A DNA stretch of 64,000 nucleotides. Origin: Escherichia phage vB_EcoM-ZQ3. The position numbers and the translations under genes were made by a program. Where the stretch lies: the sequence record MW630116.1; one strand, written 5' to 3'. The notes beneath the pieces are model-generated. The model made no database searches, was not told the origin of the DNA, and worked only from the letters and a program-made list of their open reading frames with translations. Shown here piece after piece: positions 20,455-31,521 of this stretch; within the stretch, counting starts at the first letter, position 1; each line of letters opens with the position of its first letter.

Positions 20455-21563
20455 TAGAAAGTCCCCGCATAAAGTGAAGAACGGTTTAATGTAATAATTT
20501 CTCGCATTGTTATCTCTAACGTAAATGTTGACGGTAAGTTAGGAGCAATAGCGAGACCATTAAATTGACCATTTGGAGTTTTATCAAAACGTACGCTTTG
20601 AATTTGACATGGGCCAAATACGTCAGTTAATCCATCAAATTTAGACGTATAACCAAAGTTTTTAACCATCCAAATTGTAGGGTTGCTTACAACTAATACA
20701 TTTGTTAATGACGCAGTAATCTTTTCAAACAATGTCTTATTTTTTACTGCATCATCAGGCGTCATAGGCTCAATAAACGTTGAACGGTACCATTCGTCTA
20801 AATAACTTTTAATCTCTTGGGCGTACTGTGATTTACCGGTCTCACCATATGAGAAATAGTTAAAATACTGGTAAATGTTTATAATAGCCATAAGGTCTTC
20901 GGTTGAACGTGGAGTTAAATCCCATGTAAAGACTTTAGTACGGTTCTCAGCACCGCCATACATACTACGAGAAGTCGTATAAATCTGTTCGTTATTATCA
21001 GCCATAAGCCCTTGAGTAATAGAATCTAATGCACCAAAAACTGCAGTAGAAGCAATGTTACTTAAAACACCTGTAGCAGTACCTCCACCTTTAGTAATAA
21101 GACTATCACCGATATCATTAAAACGATGTGAAGTTGTATCAACGTCAGATTTGGAACGTGGCAAAAGTATATTAGCAACAGGAGTTTTGTTTATAGTAGG
21201 TTTATTAGCTCCGGCAGGAAGCAACCCATTAGAGAATTTAGTCACTGCATCTTTCACATTATCAGTTAAATCTGATATGATACCATTAGATGAAGTGCCG
21301 GCGTACGCCGGACGTAAATTCCTGAGGGATCCTGAATCGCGTGCAGACATATTGTACGCGGTAAATAATAATCCATTCTTATAAAGGTCCGTTACCTGGA
21401 AGTCTCCTGCGGAGTCATTTCCGGCTGCTCTTCCTGTAGGAAATTGAGCAACATAAGTTTTAGTAGTTGTTTCGGTTTTAGTGCTTTGCCCAGCACTTTC
21501 TGAGACTGGGATTGCTTTATTTAAATCCTTTGCATCTACTACTATTTCTTTTACACTAATCAT
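20454..21563 (-). CDS. 48: baseplate tail-tube cap (gp48)
   Basis: 369 aa (T4 gp48 ~364 aa); synteny. Confidence 0.85.
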   Translation of the reverse strand: MISVKEIVVDAKDLNKAIPVSESAGQSTKTETTTKTYVAQFPTGRAAGNDSAGDFQVTDLYKNGLLFTAYNMSARDSGSLRNLRPAYAGTSSNGIISDLTDNVKDAVTKFSNGLLPAGANKPTINKTPVANILLPRSKSDVDTTSHRFNDIGDSLITKGGGTATGVLSNIASTAVFGALDSITQGLMADNNEQIYTTSRSMYGGAENRTKVFTWDLTPRSTEDLMAIINIYQYFNYFSYGETGKSQYAQEIKSYLDEWYRSTFIEPMTPDDAVKNKTLFEKITASLTNVLVVSNPTIWMVKNFGYTSKFDGLTDVFGPCQIQSVRFDKTPNGQFNGLAIAPNLPSTFTLEITMREIITLNRSSLYAGTF

Positions 21564-21571
21564 AATAATCC

Positions 21572-23344
21572 TTAATTAACACCGGTGGCATGGAAAATTC
21601 CAGGAGCCGTTGTACTTGTTACAGGGGTCATATTCTGGACTACGGTATTCTTTTTGACGACATTATTTGTGTTACTAATCGCCGCTACCGGTTGTTGCTG
21701 TTTAGATTCAGAAGCACGTCCTTTCTCTATTGACTGAACTTGTTTTGCTTCAGGAGATTTAGTCGAAGATTCAGGCTTAACTGTTGTCTGAGCCTTTTTG
21801 GCTTCAGCCATTTTATTATTTAGCTTTTCAAATCTAGCATCTAATTCCTTTTTAACAACAGGAGTTTTATTAAGTTCAGGGTCTTTAATAAGTTTACTTA
21901 AATCGGCATAAGACTTCTCGACGTTTTTAGCATTTTCCGGATTAGACATATCGATTTTATCGATATAATCCTCAAATCTAACTAGTGCCGCACGAGTTTC
22001 ATTAGCTTTTATATACGCCTCTTTACGCTCCTCTTCAGGTAACTCTTTTAATTTTGCCGATTCCGCAGCACGCTCATCGCTTGTACTAAACTCTTCTTTA
22101 TTGTCATTACCACGAACCCAGTTAGTAACGAATGTTTTGCCGCGTTGTAACATATCAAGACCTTTAGAAACGGTTCCTAATTCCCCATCGTCACGCTTCA
22201 TTTGATATTTAGCGACTTTCTCTTGGTCTTCTTTCTTTAATTTGTTCCCAGTAGTTTCTTGGAATCCTTCCAAAGCACGTCCTTCTATTTCGTCCGCGGT
22301 ATCGCCAAAACCTATAGCACGCAATATAGACGCAGAGAGTTTAGCCATTCCTAATTGAATTAGTTCACCTAAGTTCATTAATGCTGTTCCTACACCTTTG
22401 ACAATAGCAACGGTTAAACCACCCCAGTCTCCAGCTTCCCACAATTGTTTTATAGAGTCAATAGAAGTGAATATATCACTTAAGAATTTACCCCACTCTT
22501 TAGCTTCATCGGAGAATTTAGTAAAGTTTTCATCAAATAAATCCCAGGCAGAAGTGAACTTGTCTGTCCAATATTTGAAATGGACTATCAATAAATCAAT
22601 ACCGATAACAATACCAAGAATAAGTGCGGCCATTTTTGCTGCTTCAATAGCAGCCGTTATAGTGTATTTGAAAAGCATTCCAGCAATTCTGTCCGAAATT
22701 GATATTGATTTATTAAACCCGGCTTGAACTGTTTTGGTGAGCATTGCAATTTTATCGCTCAATTTAAAGCTAATCCCGCCTTTAGAATCGGAAGTAGAAT
22801 TAGCACTTTCTTGAACCGGGGCTGGGAAGAAATCTTCGTCTGGCTTATTATCAATCTTTTCAGGTGTAGGTAATGCTTTAAACAGCTCATCATAAGTTTC
22901 ATTCTCAACCACTTTAACAGGTATTGCGTTCTCAATTACTTCAAGAGAGGTGCCTCCTGTATTTTGAATAGCGGTAGATGTTTGTAATTTTTGCTCTAAT
23001 AATGTAGCTAATCGGTCTAACTTGGAGCTTATTGCACTAGAAACTTCGTTTATACTTTTAGTGACTTCAGTTTGTTTTTCAATAACTTCTGCGATAAGCT
23101 CTGTGCCTTCAGCAGTATTATCTGTCGAATTCTTTAAGTCTCCAATTGATTCAATAATTCCATTGCCTTTATCTTCTACACTTTGTGATGTGAGTTCAGA
23201 CGCGGCTTGGACATCGTCTAGTTTTGATGAAATGTTATTCAATGCTTCTAATGAATCGGTAGCTGCATCAGCAGCTACTTTTTGTGGTTTATTATCGGCA
23301 ATGACCTTATTTCTACGCATGGATTTCATTTCTTCAGGTTTCAT
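21572..23344 (-). CDS. 29: tail tape-measure / baseplate hub protein (gp29)
   Basis: 590 aa = T4 gp29 length; synteny. Confidence 0.85.
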   Translation of the reverse strand: MKPEEMKSMRRNKVIADNKPQKVAADAATDSLEALNNISSKLDDVQAASELTSQSVEDKGNGIIESIGDLKNSTDNTAEGTELIAEVIEKQTEVTKSINEVSSAISSKLDRLATLLEQKLQTSTAIQNTGGTSLEVIENAIPVKVVENETYDELFKALPTPEKIDNKPDEDFFPAPVQESANSTSDSKGGISFKLSDKIAMLTKTVQAGFNKSISISDRIAGMLFKYTITAAIEAAKMAALILGIVIGIDLLIVHFKYWTDKFTSAWDLFDENFTKFSDEAKEWGKFLSDIFTSIDSIKQLWEAGDWGGLTVAIVKGVGTALMNLGELIQLGMAKLSASILRAIGFGDTADEIEGRALEGFQETTGNKLKKEDQEKVAKYQMKRDDGELGTVSKGLDMLQRGKTFVTNWVRGNDNKEEFSTSDERAAESAKLKELPEEERKEAYIKANETRAALVRFEDYIDKIDMSNPENAKNVEKSYADLSKLIKDPELNKTPVVKKELDARFEKLNNKMAEAKKAQTTVKPESSTKSPEAKQVQSIEKGRASESKQQQPVAAISNTNNVVKKNTVVQNMTPVTSTTAPGIFHATGVN

Positions 23345-23874
23345 TCAAGCAATCCAATAATTTCTGCTATACCCTTAATAGGGCCATTAGGGCCTGGAAT
23401 AGCAATAGTTGTCGAAAGGTCTTCTGCCCATTTGATTACAAAAGCAGGCATCTCAAGGAAAGAAATTTCTTTCTCTTCGTCATTAACTTTTATTAAGCAA
23501 TTTGATAGCATTTCACTGATTGTAGCGAATTGTTCAAATTTGCCTGGGGGTCTAAAATAAAAAGTATTACCTTGAAATTGGAATTCTGTTCGTTGGCATA
23601 CATAGACGTCATCTAGTTTATAAGTGAATCCATCTTTTTCAACTTCAGACTTAAGTTTGTTATTAAATTCCAATATGTGTAGACATGCAAAATCAAAATC
23701 TGCTGGACTCATATTTTTACAAATAGAATCAGCTAAGATTTTCATGTTTTCGTCAGGGCCTTTAACGTCCTTTAAAAGATTATAATGTTTGAGCCCTAAT
23801 TTGGGAATCATTACCTTTTTATTAGACTGTGGTAGAATTATTTTCTTTAGAGGTAGAATCAGATTTAAGTTCAT
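23341..23874 (-). CDS. 28: baseplate hub distal subunit (gp28)
   Basis: 177 aa = T4 gp28 length. Confidence 0.8.
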   Translation of the reverse strand: MNLNLILPLKKIILPQSNKKVMIPKLGLKHYNLLKDVKGPDENMKILADSICKNMSPADFDFACLHILEFNNKLKSEVEKDGFTYKLDDVYVCQRTEFQFQGNTFYFRPPGKFEQFATISEMLSNCLIKVNDEEKEISFLEMPAFVIKWAEDLSTTIAIPGPNGPIKGIAEIIGLLE

Positions 23875-24994
23875 TTTTAACCTTAACTGGGTTAACAGGT
23901 TCTAACACCATTGAGTTGGTAAACATGTACAGATGAGTTTGTGAGTTGTTATTTGATAACTCATGAATAACTTCATCCACGTAAAATTCGGATTTGAATT
24001 GGTTCTTTTGGTCAACAAATATAATTTTAGTAGCAGGCGTTATGTTAAAATTACCTGTAGTAGTGCATTTAGCATATCCGTCGTATTGAGCCATTGTCTG
24101 AAGACGACTTGCTTCTTCAAATCCATTACGATAGGTCATTTCAGAATATCCACCTGATCTTGACACAAGAATAGCATTATCACCATCACCTGTAACAATA
24201 ACCGGAATAGATGTATCTAAAAATGAATGAGCGAATATCGTGGCGTTTTTAATAGGGTCTCTTGTAAATTGGTTAGCTTTAGTCATCCAGGTGAAATCCC
24301 ATACTAATGGATACTCAAGCTCTTGAATATACTGACCTACAGTATTTGGCTCGCCTACAACCATCTTAATGCCTTCCTGACCAATAAGAGTATCATAGTC
24401 AATCATGTTTACGCCTAAAATATCTTGCCATACGAATACGAACTTATCACTCGCTGTAGCAAGTCCTAATTCTCTGACATATGCCAAATAATCATCAAAT
24501 GTGCTTGTCCAAGGAATATCAGGAACATAAGCATTAATAGTGTTTATTGGCGGAGTAATTAACGTACGGTCTTTATATATGACACCTAACATTTCACGTA
24601 TAGATTCTCCTGCGTCTGAGAAGAATGGTCGCCCAAATTTAAGGTTCTCTATAGAATGTATTGTTCCAAGCTCAATTGCAATAATATTGTCACCTTTTGA
24701 GTCCACAGACACAGAATAATGTCTACATCCGTAAATTCGAGTTCTAACTTGGAGAGGTGTGTTTGAATTTGAAACAGAGATTTGGACTATCTGTCTACCA
24801 TCCATTTTAGTGTGGATGTTTTTAGTGTCATAAAATTGAAGAATCCCTTCATTTCTTCCATATAGCGAATCTCGCATGGTTAAAGTTGTTATTGTTGCTG
24901 CGAGTTCAACATATCTATTTTCTTGCCAAGCCGAATAATCTTGATATAATTTAACGCTTAAGTTAGGATATCCTGGACGTTGGAATACTGTCAT
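23822..24994 (-). CDS. 27: baseplate hub protein (gp27)
   Basis: 390 aa (T4 gp27 391 aa). Confidence 0.85.
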   Translation of the reverse strand: MTVFQRPGYPNLSVKLYQDYSAWQENRYVELAATITTLTMRDSLYGRNEGILQFYDTKNIHTKMDGRQIVQISVSNSNTPLQVRTRIYGCRHYSVSVDSKGDNIIAIELGTIHSIENLKFGRPFFSDAGESIREMLGVIYKDRTLITPPINTINAYVPDIPWTSTFDDYLAYVRELGLATASDKFVFVWQDILGVNMIDYDTLIGQEGIKMVVGEPNTVGQYIQELEYPLVWDFTWMTKANQFTRDPIKNATIFAHSFLDTSIPVIVTGDGDNAILVSRSGGYSEMTYRNGFEEASRLQTMAQYDGYAKCTTTGNFNITPATKIIFVDQKNQFKSEFYVDEVIHELSNNNSQTHLYMFTNSMVLEPVNPVKVKNELKSDSTSKENNSTTV

Positions 24995-25743
24995 TTTTTA
25001 TGGTCCTTTTCTACTAATGTTAAAGCAATACCACGTTCAACAGGAATCATTTGCATAATAGAATCCAATGTGTATTGACTCTTTACTAGTGAATGGTTTA
25101 TCTGATAGAATGTAAAAATCTCATCAGGGTTAACTAACAATTTAAAAACCTCTAAGATATCAGTATATGTTTTAACATGACGTTCACAACAACCTAATCT
25201 AAGGGCCAAATTAATAGGGTTCATAGAAGCAATAACCTTCTCGAGCGAGTCAATGTCTATTGCTTCTATTACTTGGATTTGGTTCTCTTCAGTCAAATCA
25301 TTCCATGGGTACCATTCATCATTATAATATATTTCTTTTATGTTTTCGCTTATCATTAATGCTTTATTGTCATAAAACTTTTCAGGGAAAGAAAAACGTA
25401 TTTTTATACCAGCAACATCAAGTTCAGGTTCGACTAGTTCTTTTTGATATATCTCAAATGGTGCAGTTTTTTCTTTAGAGCATTTAGGGCAAGTGAAAAT
25501 AACGGGAACTTTTGTTTTGCCTATAGAGCCTGCAAAAACTTGCAGGAATATAAATGGTTGCCATGTTTTAGGGTACTCGCCAAAATAATCATCAATCAGA
25601 TCGGCAATTATTTCTTTTTGTTCTTGCGGCGAACGATGTTCGATATCATTTCTAACTAGTAAAAAGTCTCTATAATCCGCCACAGTGAACGGCTTAAAAC
25701 GATGAACACCATCCGGTAATTTACAACGAATTATATTAGCCAT
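24991..25743 (-). CDS. 51: baseplate hub assembly catalyst (gp51)
   Basis: 250 aa (T4 gp51 249 aa). Confidence 0.8.
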   Translation of the reverse strand: MANIIRCKLPDGVHRFKPFTVADYRDFLLVRNDIEHRSPQEQKEIIADLIDDYFGEYPKTWQPFIFLQVFAGSIGKTKVPVIFTCPKCSKEKTAPFEIYQKELVEPELDVAGIKIRFSFPEKFYDNKALMISENIKEIYYNDEWYPWNDLTEENQIQVIEAIDIDSLEKVIASMNPINLALRLGCCERHVKTYTDILEVFKLLVNPDEIFTFYQINHSLVKSQYTLDSIMQMIPVERGIALTLVEKDHKK

Positions 25744-25760
25744 AATTACTCCTTTTCTAT

Positions 25761-25772
25761 TATTTATAAATA
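25761..25772. promoter_or_regulatory. overlapping divergent late promoters
   Basis: palindrome TATTTATAAATA reads TATAAATA on both strands, between divergent genes 51 (-) and 26 (+). Confidence 0.6.
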
Positions 25773-25790
25773 CACAATAAAGGAGTTAAC

Positions 25791-26417
25791 ATGTACAAAT
25801 ATACGTTTACCGTACGTTTAGGCGATAAAGAAGTGAATTGTAGAGCCTTTACTTTAAAAGAATATTTAGGACTCATAGGTGCGCGGGCTACCGGTACTAT
25901 TGAATCAGCAGTGAACAATATTATCACTAATTGCTCTAACGCTAAAAACTTGACTAAACAAGAAGCCGAGTTATTGTTGGTAAATCTGTGGGCACATTCA
26001 TTAGGTGAAGTGAATCAAGAACACACCTGGAATTGTTCCTGTGGGCATTCATTTCAAGTCTATATGAATTTATTGCACACTCAATTAGATGAACAGGCCG
26101 ATCCCTGGTATTCGTTCAGCGGTATTAAAATTAAGTTCCGTCAACCTAAATTATTTGACGATAAAAATATCGCATTAATGATTGCTTCATGTATTGAGGC
26201 CGTTTTTGTCAATGGAGAGTCCATCCCTGTTGAAGATTTAACTGAAGCAGAAATAAACGACCTTTACGGCCTTATAACAGAAGATGACATGATCAATATT
26301 AAAAATCTTTTAGTATCGCCATCAATTTATCTGGCAACCCCTATTAAATGTCCCAAATGTGGGGCGTCACACGTTCACACAATACGAGGCCTCAAAGAAT
26401 TCTTTGAGTTACTATAA
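25791..26417 (+). CDS. 26: baseplate hub subunit (gp26)
   Basis: 208 aa = T4 gp26 length. Confidence 0.8.
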   Translation: MYKYTFTVRLGDKEVNCRAFTLKEYLGLIGARATGTIESAVNNIITNCSNAKNLTKQEAELLLVNLWAHSLGEVNQEHTWNCSCGHSFQVYMNLLHTQLDEQADPWYSFSGIKIKFRQPKLFDDKNIALMIASCIEAVFVNGESIPVEDLTEAEINDLYGLITEDDMINIKNLLVSPSIYLATPIKCPKCGASHVHTIRGLKEFFELL

Positions 26418-26815
26418 TGTCTAATATCAATAAACTTTATTCAGATATCGACCCAGAAATGCGTATGGATTGGAACAAGGACGTTGCTCGTTCTGTAGGA
26501 CTTCGTTCTATTAAAAATAGTCTTCTTGGCATAGTGACAACTAGAAAAGGCTCACGCCCCTTCGACCCTGAATTTGGATGCGATTTGGTCGACGAACTTT
26601 TCGAGAACATGACACCACTTACAGCCGATACGATTGAGCGTAATATCCAGGCAGCTGTTCGTAACTATGAGCCACGCATCGACAAACTTTCTGTAAGTGT
26701 AACGCCAGTATATGATGACTATACGGTTATAGTAGAGATTAGATTTTCGGTCGTAGATAACCCTGACGATATTGAACAAATTAAACTTCAGTTAGCGTCA
26801 AGCAATAGAGTGTAA
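26417..26815 (+). CDS. 25: baseplate wedge subunit (gp25)
   Basis: 132 aa = T4 gp25 length. Confidence 0.85.
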   Translation: MSNINKLYSDIDPEMRMDWNKDVARSVGLRSIKNSLLGIVTTRKGSRPFDPEFGCDLVDELFENMTPLTADTIERNIQAAVRNYEPRIDKLSVSVTPVYDDYTVIVEIRFSVVDNPDDIEQIKLQLASSNRV

Positions 26816-26895
26816 TGCTTCAAGGCAACCTATGTATAATGGTTTTAGGTCCTTCCGATACAGCCGGGAGATTATTAGTTAAAAGAGAGAACATT

Positions 26896-27309
26896 ATGAA
26901 GCTGGAAGATTTACAGGAAGAGTTAGACGCAGACTTAGCTATTGATATGACAAAGTTGCAATATGAGACAGCGAATAATGTTAAGTTATACAGCAAATGG
27001 CTACGTAAGCACTCATTTATTCGTAAAGAAATGTTGCGTATAGAGACTCAGAAGAAAACTGCTCTAAAAGCAAGATTAGACTACTACTCGGGACGAGGTG
27101 ACGGTGATGAATTCAGTATGGACCGATACGAGAAATCTGAAATGAAAACTGTCCTGGCTGCAGATAAAGATGTGCTTAAAATAGAGACTACTTTACAATA
27201 CTGGGGAATTTTACTTGAGTTCTGTAGTGGTGCACTTGACGCAGTTAAGTCTCGTAGTTTTGCACTTAAACATATCCAGGATATGCGAGAATTTGAAGCG
27301 GGGCAATAA
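26896..27309 (+). CDS. uvsY: recombination mediator UvsY
   Basis: 137 aa from ATG 26896 = T4 UvsY length; sequence MKLEDLQEEL...YSGRGDGDEFSMDRYEKSEMK closely matches UvsY as recalled; ORF-track start 26815 is an upstream in-frame extension. Confidence 0.88.
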   Translation: MKLEDLQEELDADLAIDMTKLQYETANNVKLYSKWLRKHSFIRKEMLRIETQKKTALKARLDYYSGRGDGDEFSMDRYEKSEMKTVLAADKDVLKIETTLQYWGILLEFCSGALDAVKSRSFALKHIQDMREFEAGQ

Positions 27310-27533
27310 TGCGTTATTCAATTGAAGATGCCTTTAATAATGATGAAGAATTTGAAACTGAAATTAAATTCTTAATGGAAAAGTATCGTCTGCGTCGCCA
27401 GGATATTCGTATTCTGGCAGACCACCCTTGTGGCGAAGACGTCCTTTATATTAAAGGGAAGTTTGCCGGGTACATCGATGAGTATTTTTATACAAAAGAT
27501 ATGGGTATCGATATGTGCATGCGAGTGGTATAA
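27309..27533 (+). CDS. hypothetical protein (uvsY.-1 position)
   Basis: 74 aa ORF, TAATG overlap with uvsY. Confidence 0.45.
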   Translation: MRYSIEDAFNNDEEFETEIKFLMEKYRLRRQDIRILADHPCGEDVLYIKGKFAGYIDEYFYTKDMGIDMCMRVV

Positions 27534-27565
27534 ATAGATATGTAATTTCAACTTAGGAGGCAATC

Positions 27566-27733
27566 ATGTCAGATAAGATTTGTGTTGTCTGTAAAACTCC
27601 AATCGATTCTGCATTGGTTGTTGAAACAGACAAAGGACCAGCACATCCTGGCCCTTGTTATAATTATGTCCAACAAATGCCGGTTTCAGAAAGTTCAGAA
27701 GAGCAATTGAACGAAACCCAACTTTTACTATAG
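27566..27733 (+). CDS. small Cys-containing protein (uvsY.-2 position), not in ORF track
   Basis: 55 aa, SD AGGAGG 7 nt upstream; CxxC...H...C pattern suggests a zinc ribbon. Confidence 0.45.
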   Translation: MSDKICVVCKTPIDSALVVETDKGPAHPGPCYNYVQQMPVSESSEEQLNETQLLL

Positions 27734-27757
27734 TGTTACCTTTTTGCCTATGGTTTT

Positions 27758-27787
27758 GGCCCTTCCAAAAAGGTCGGGCCTTTTTTT
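27758..27787. terminator. bidirectional terminator
   Basis: GGCCC...GGGCC hairpin followed by TTTTTTT; lies between convergent + and - units. Confidence 0.6.
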
Positions 27788-27789
27788 AA

Positions 27790-28023
27790 TTAGAAGTCTT
27801 CTTCCTCATCCTCATCATCGTCGCCTTCAAGTTCGGCACGCTTACCTGCTAAGGCATCCCTGACAGAAATATCATCTGTATCTTTTAATTCCGTTTCTTT
27901 TATACGTTTCTTATAATAAGCTTCCAATTCTTCAAGCCCTTCTAAGGTATGACAACTAGCAATTTTACCCATGAATTCGTCAATAGATGCTTCGTATAAA
28001 AATTGTTTAAATTCAAGTACCAT
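27790..28023 (-). CDS. UvsW.1 small acidic protein
   Basis: 77 aa, acidic C-terminus, immediately downstream of uvsW. Confidence 0.6.
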   Translation of the reverse strand: MVLEFKQFLYEASIDEFMGKIASCHTLEGLEELEAYYKKRIKETELKDTDDISVRDALAGKRAELEGDDDEDEEEDF

Positions 28024-28048
28024 TTTTATCTCCTAAGGGCCGAAGCCC

Positions 28049-29563
28049 TTATAAATTAATTGTTTTCATTACATAGTTAAATTTCTCATCAGCGTAACGT
28101 TGGATACGATCAATACCGTGTTTTAACAAGTAATTAAGATGAGTATACTTCTTTTTAGTATTTAATGATTTAGGTTTTACACCTGCGTCATCGATGAGAT
28201 CCCAAACTGTAGCAATAGCTTTAGAACCATGCTTACGAAGCACGCGACCTACGGTTTGAAGTACGATAATTTTTGATTTAACACCATGGGCAAAAATAAC
28301 ATGATGAAGATTCTTGACTGAAATACCAGTAGAGAATACTCCATACGATGCGACAATAATAATGCCTTTGCCATTTTCTGCCATGACTTTAAGCGCGTTA
28401 CGTGTTTCAGTATCAACTTCACCTGATACGTAATAAACTTTTTCGTATCCAAGCTCTTTAATAGCTTCAAATATTTCTTTACCGTGTGTAACGTGTTTAA
28501 ACATTACAAAGGCGTTCTCGTCTTTCTTAGCCAATTTGACTGAAAGTTGAGCAATCCACTTTGTACGTCGTTTTAGTCCGGTAATAATTTTAACTTCTTC
28601 TTGGTATGTTTTACCTTTTAATTTAACAGTGAATTCGTCCGGATAACGAAGGAAAATACTATTAATCTTAAGCTCAGTTACCTGTCCGTCTTCCATTAAT
28701 TTAGACGTGCTAACAGGACGGAAGATTTCACCGAACATACCTACATACTGCATTACATTGGCTTTTCCATCTCTTAATGAGCCAGATAAACCGAATTTAA
28801 ACATGCAATTATTTAATCCCGAGATGATTGAAGAAATACTTTTGCCTGTTGCTAAGTGGCATTCATCATTCATCATCATACCGAACTGAGAGAACCATTC
28901 TTTAGGCTGCTTAACTACGGTTTGCCATGTGCCAACAATAATTGGAGCATCGTTTTTAGATTTGTCTGCTTTATCAGCACCACCACCAATTTTCTTAATC
29001 ATCGAATGGCTAAACAAGCGATAATCAACAAAATCATTAGCCATCTGGGTTGTCAATGCTGTTGTAGGGACGATAATGAGAATTTTACCTTCATAGTTCT
29101 CTAGATAATATCGAGCTAAAAGTGCTTGGATTAGTGATTTACCTGCTGATGTCGGAAGGTTTAAAATTCGACGACGATTAACTAGTCCTTCATATACTGC
29201 ATCTTTTTGATACCAATGTGGTTCGATTTTGGAGTTGCCTGAATAAATTTCTTGTTTAGAAAGCCATGCGTCAAAATCTTCCCTGGTAAGGTCTTCGGTC
29301 TCAAAGATTTTAGGGTCAATCCATACAGAATAACTCATATTGTTACAGAACTTTTTTATTTGTCCTACAAGTCCATATGGTAACAAACGATTGTAATCTA
29401 AAAGTCGAATTCTACCATCCCAGTTCCCATATTTGTAACGCGGGTTGAATTTGTACCCATCGGCTTCAAAGCTAAAAAAGTCACGAAGTTCGTAAAACGT
29501 ACTTTCGTCGCATTCAATGCGCACGTGACTAAAATCATAAAAATGTACTTTAATGTCAGTCAT
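28049..29563 (-). CDS. uvsW: UvsW SF2 DNA helicase
   Basis: 504 aa; Walker A LNLPTSAGKS, DECH box, position and size as T4 UvsW. Confidence 0.88.
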   Translation of the reverse strand: MTDIKVHFYDFSHVRIECDESTFYELRDFFSFEADGYKFNPRYKYGNWDGRIRLLDYNRLLPYGLVGQIKKFCNNMSYSVWIDPKIFETEDLTREDFDAWLSKQEIYSGNSKIEPHWYQKDAVYEGLVNRRRILNLPTSAGKSLIQALLARYYLENYEGKILIIVPTTALTTQMANDFVDYRLFSHSMIKKIGGGADKADKSKNDAPIIVGTWQTVVKQPKEWFSQFGMMMNDECHLATGKSISSIISGLNNCMFKFGLSGSLRDGKANVMQYVGMFGEIFRPVSTSKLMEDGQVTELKINSIFLRYPDEFTVKLKGKTYQEEVKIITGLKRRTKWIAQLSVKLAKKDENAFVMFKHVTHGKEIFEAIKELGYEKVYYVSGEVDTETRNALKVMAENGKGIIIVASYGVFSTGISVKNLHHVIFAHGVKSKIIVLQTVGRVLRKHGSKAIATVWDLIDDAGVKPKSLNTKKKYTHLNYLLKHGIDRIQRYADEKFNYVMKTINL

Positions 29564-29592
29564 GTCAAATTACCATGTAATAAATATAGTTA

Positions 29593-29600
29593 TATTTATA
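29593..29600 (-). promoter_or_regulatory. late promoter
   Basis: TATAAATA on - strand ~30 nt upstream of uvsW start. Confidence 0.5.
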
Positions 29601-29613
29601 ATGAGGAAATACC

Positions 29614-30282
29614 ATGATCGATAAAGACTATATTGAAGAGTTACGTGCTCTTTCTGATAAAAAGGAAGCCAAAGCTAAACTGTTTGAATATGCGGAACAA
29701 TTTGGCATTAGTGTTAAGAAAACAAAATCATTCGATAATATTGTTATTGATATCGAAGAAGCTCTTAACGCACTGGCTGATGAACCATTACCTGAAACTG
29801 ATGGATTATCTATCACCGATTTAATTACTGCCGCAGATGATGTAGACGGTGTTAATTTCACCAACGAAGAAGTTAAAGAAGAAGCTATTCTGTTGTTTGA
29901 TTCTCCAACAGAACAAGTTGAAGTATTAGAAGTTGTCGAACAAGAAAAAGAATTCGACCATGATAAATTCGAAGAAGCAATTACTCAGGTTATTGAATCA
30001 GAAAAAGAGCCCGAGGCAGAGGTAAATAAAGAAGTAAAATTTGTTCTGCCTGAAAATTTTAGTCCTACACTCATTAAATTAGGCAAAAGCCCGGGATATG
30101 TTACTGTTCCTTGGTGGATTTATCAATGGATAGCCGAAACGCCTGATTGGAAATCTCGCCCAACTAGTTTTGTGCATGCTTCTGCTCACCAAACATTATT
30201 TAGCTTAATTTATTATATTAATCGCGATGGATCAGTTCTAATTCGTGAATCTCGTAATTCTTCTTTCGTAACATTAAAATAA
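29614..30282 (+). CDS. probable Inh (prohead protease inhibitor)
   Basis: 222 aa acidic protein at the position of T4 inh (226 aa) immediately upstream of hoc; assignment by synteny only. Confidence 0.5.
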   Translation: MIDKDYIEELRALSDKKEAKAKLFEYAEQFGISVKKTKSFDNIVIDIEEALNALADEPLPETDGLSITDLITAADDVDGVNFTNEEVKEEAILLFDSPTEQVEVLEVVEQEKEFDHDKFEEAITQVIESEKEPEAEVNKEVKFVLPENFSPTLIKLGKSPGYVTVPWWIYQWIAETPDWKSRPTSFVHASAHQTLFSLIYYINRDGSVLIRESRNSSFVTLK

Positions 30283-30291
30283 GGATAACTT

Positions 30292-31422
30292 ATGGCTTTT
30301 ACAGTTGATATAACTCCTAAAACCCCTACTGGAGTTATAGATGAGACTAAGCAGTTTACTGCTACTCCCAGTGGTGAAACTGGAGGTGGAACTATTACCT
30401 ATGCATGGAGTGTAGACGGTGCTCCTCAAGTAGGATCGGCAGAAACTTTTGATTATGTGTTAAAAGGACCTGCTGGAACAAAAACAATTAAAGTTGTTGC
30501 AACAAATACTATTCCTGACTCTGAAGCTGAAACAGCTGAAATTAGTACAACTATTACAGTTCAAAACAAGACACAGACAACTACCTTGGCAGTAACTCCC
30601 AATAGTCCTGCTGCTGGAGTAATTGGAACCCCGGTTCAATTTACTGCTGCATTAGCTTCTCAACCTGACGGAGCGTCTGCTACGTATCAGTGGTATGTAG
30701 ATGATTCACAAGTTGGTGGAGAAACTAACTCTACATTTAGCTATACTCCAACTACAAGTGGAGTAAAAAGAATTAAATGCGTAGCCCAAGTAACTGCAGA
30801 AAATTACAATGAAAAGGAAGTTACTTCGAATGAAGTATCATTGACAGTTAATAAGAAGACAATGAATCCACAGGTTACATTGACTCCTCCTTCTATTAAC
30901 GTTCAGCAAGATGCTTCGGCTACATTTACTGCTAATGTTACTGGCGCACCTGAAGCAGCACAAATTACTTACTCATGGAAGAAAGATTCTTCTCCTGTAG
31001 AAGGGTCAACTAACGTATATACTGTCGATACCTCATCTGTTGGAAGTCAAACTATTGAAGTTACTGCAACTATTACTGCAACTGATTACGATAGCAAAAC
31101 TATTACAGCAGAAGGTCAAGTTCAGGTAACTGATAAAGTTGCTCCAGAACCAGAAGGTGAACTACCTTATGTTCATCCTCTTCCACATCGCACTTCAGCT
31201 TATATCTGGTGCGGTTGGTGGGTTATGGATGAAATCCAAAAAATGACTGAAGAAGGTAAAGATTGGAAAACTGAAGATCCGGATAGTAAATACTACCTGC
31301 ATCGTTACACTCTTCAGAAGATGTTGAAAGACTATCCAGAAGTTGATGTTCAAGAATCACGTAATGGATACATCATCCATAAAACTGCTTTGGAAACTGG
31401 TATCATCTATACCTATCCATAA
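30292..31422 (+). CDS. hoc: Hoc, highly immunogenic outer capsid protein
   Basis: 376 aa = T4 Hoc length; tandem Thr/Val-rich Ig-like repeats. Confidence 0.85.
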   Translation: MAFTVDITPKTPTGVIDETKQFTATPSGETGGGTITYAWSVDGAPQVGSAETFDYVLKGPAGTKTIKVVATNTIPDSEAETAEISTTITVQNKTQTTTLAVTPNSPAAGVIGTPVQFTAALASQPDGASATYQWYVDDSQVGGETNSTFSYTPTTSGVKRIKCVAQVTAENYNEKEVTSNEVSLTVNKKTMNPQVTLTPPSINVQQDASATFTANVTGAPEAAQITYSWKKDSSPVEGSTNVYTVDTSSVGSQTIEVTATITATDYDSKTITAEGQVQVTDKVAPEPEGELPYVHPLPHRTSAYIWCGWWVMDEIQKMTEEGKDWKTEDPDSKYYLHRYTLQKMLKDYPEVDVQESRNGYIIHKTALETGIIYTYP

Positions 31423-31425
31423 TCG

Positions 31426-31455
31426 TAAGGGGCTTCGGCCCCTTTCTTCGTTTTT
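31426..31455 (+). terminator. rho-independent terminator
   Basis: AGGGGC-UUCG-GCCCCU hairpin then TTCTTCGTTTTT. Confidence 0.7.
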
Positions 31456-31521
31456 AAAGCATACAAAACACATCTTGAGATTGATGTATAATGGCACAAA
31501 CCAAATAATACAGGATTGATT

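Noticed and set aside
22398-23360. + strand ORFs of 109 and 112 aa inside gene 29
   Set aside because: Antisense to the tape-measure gene; no SD or promoter
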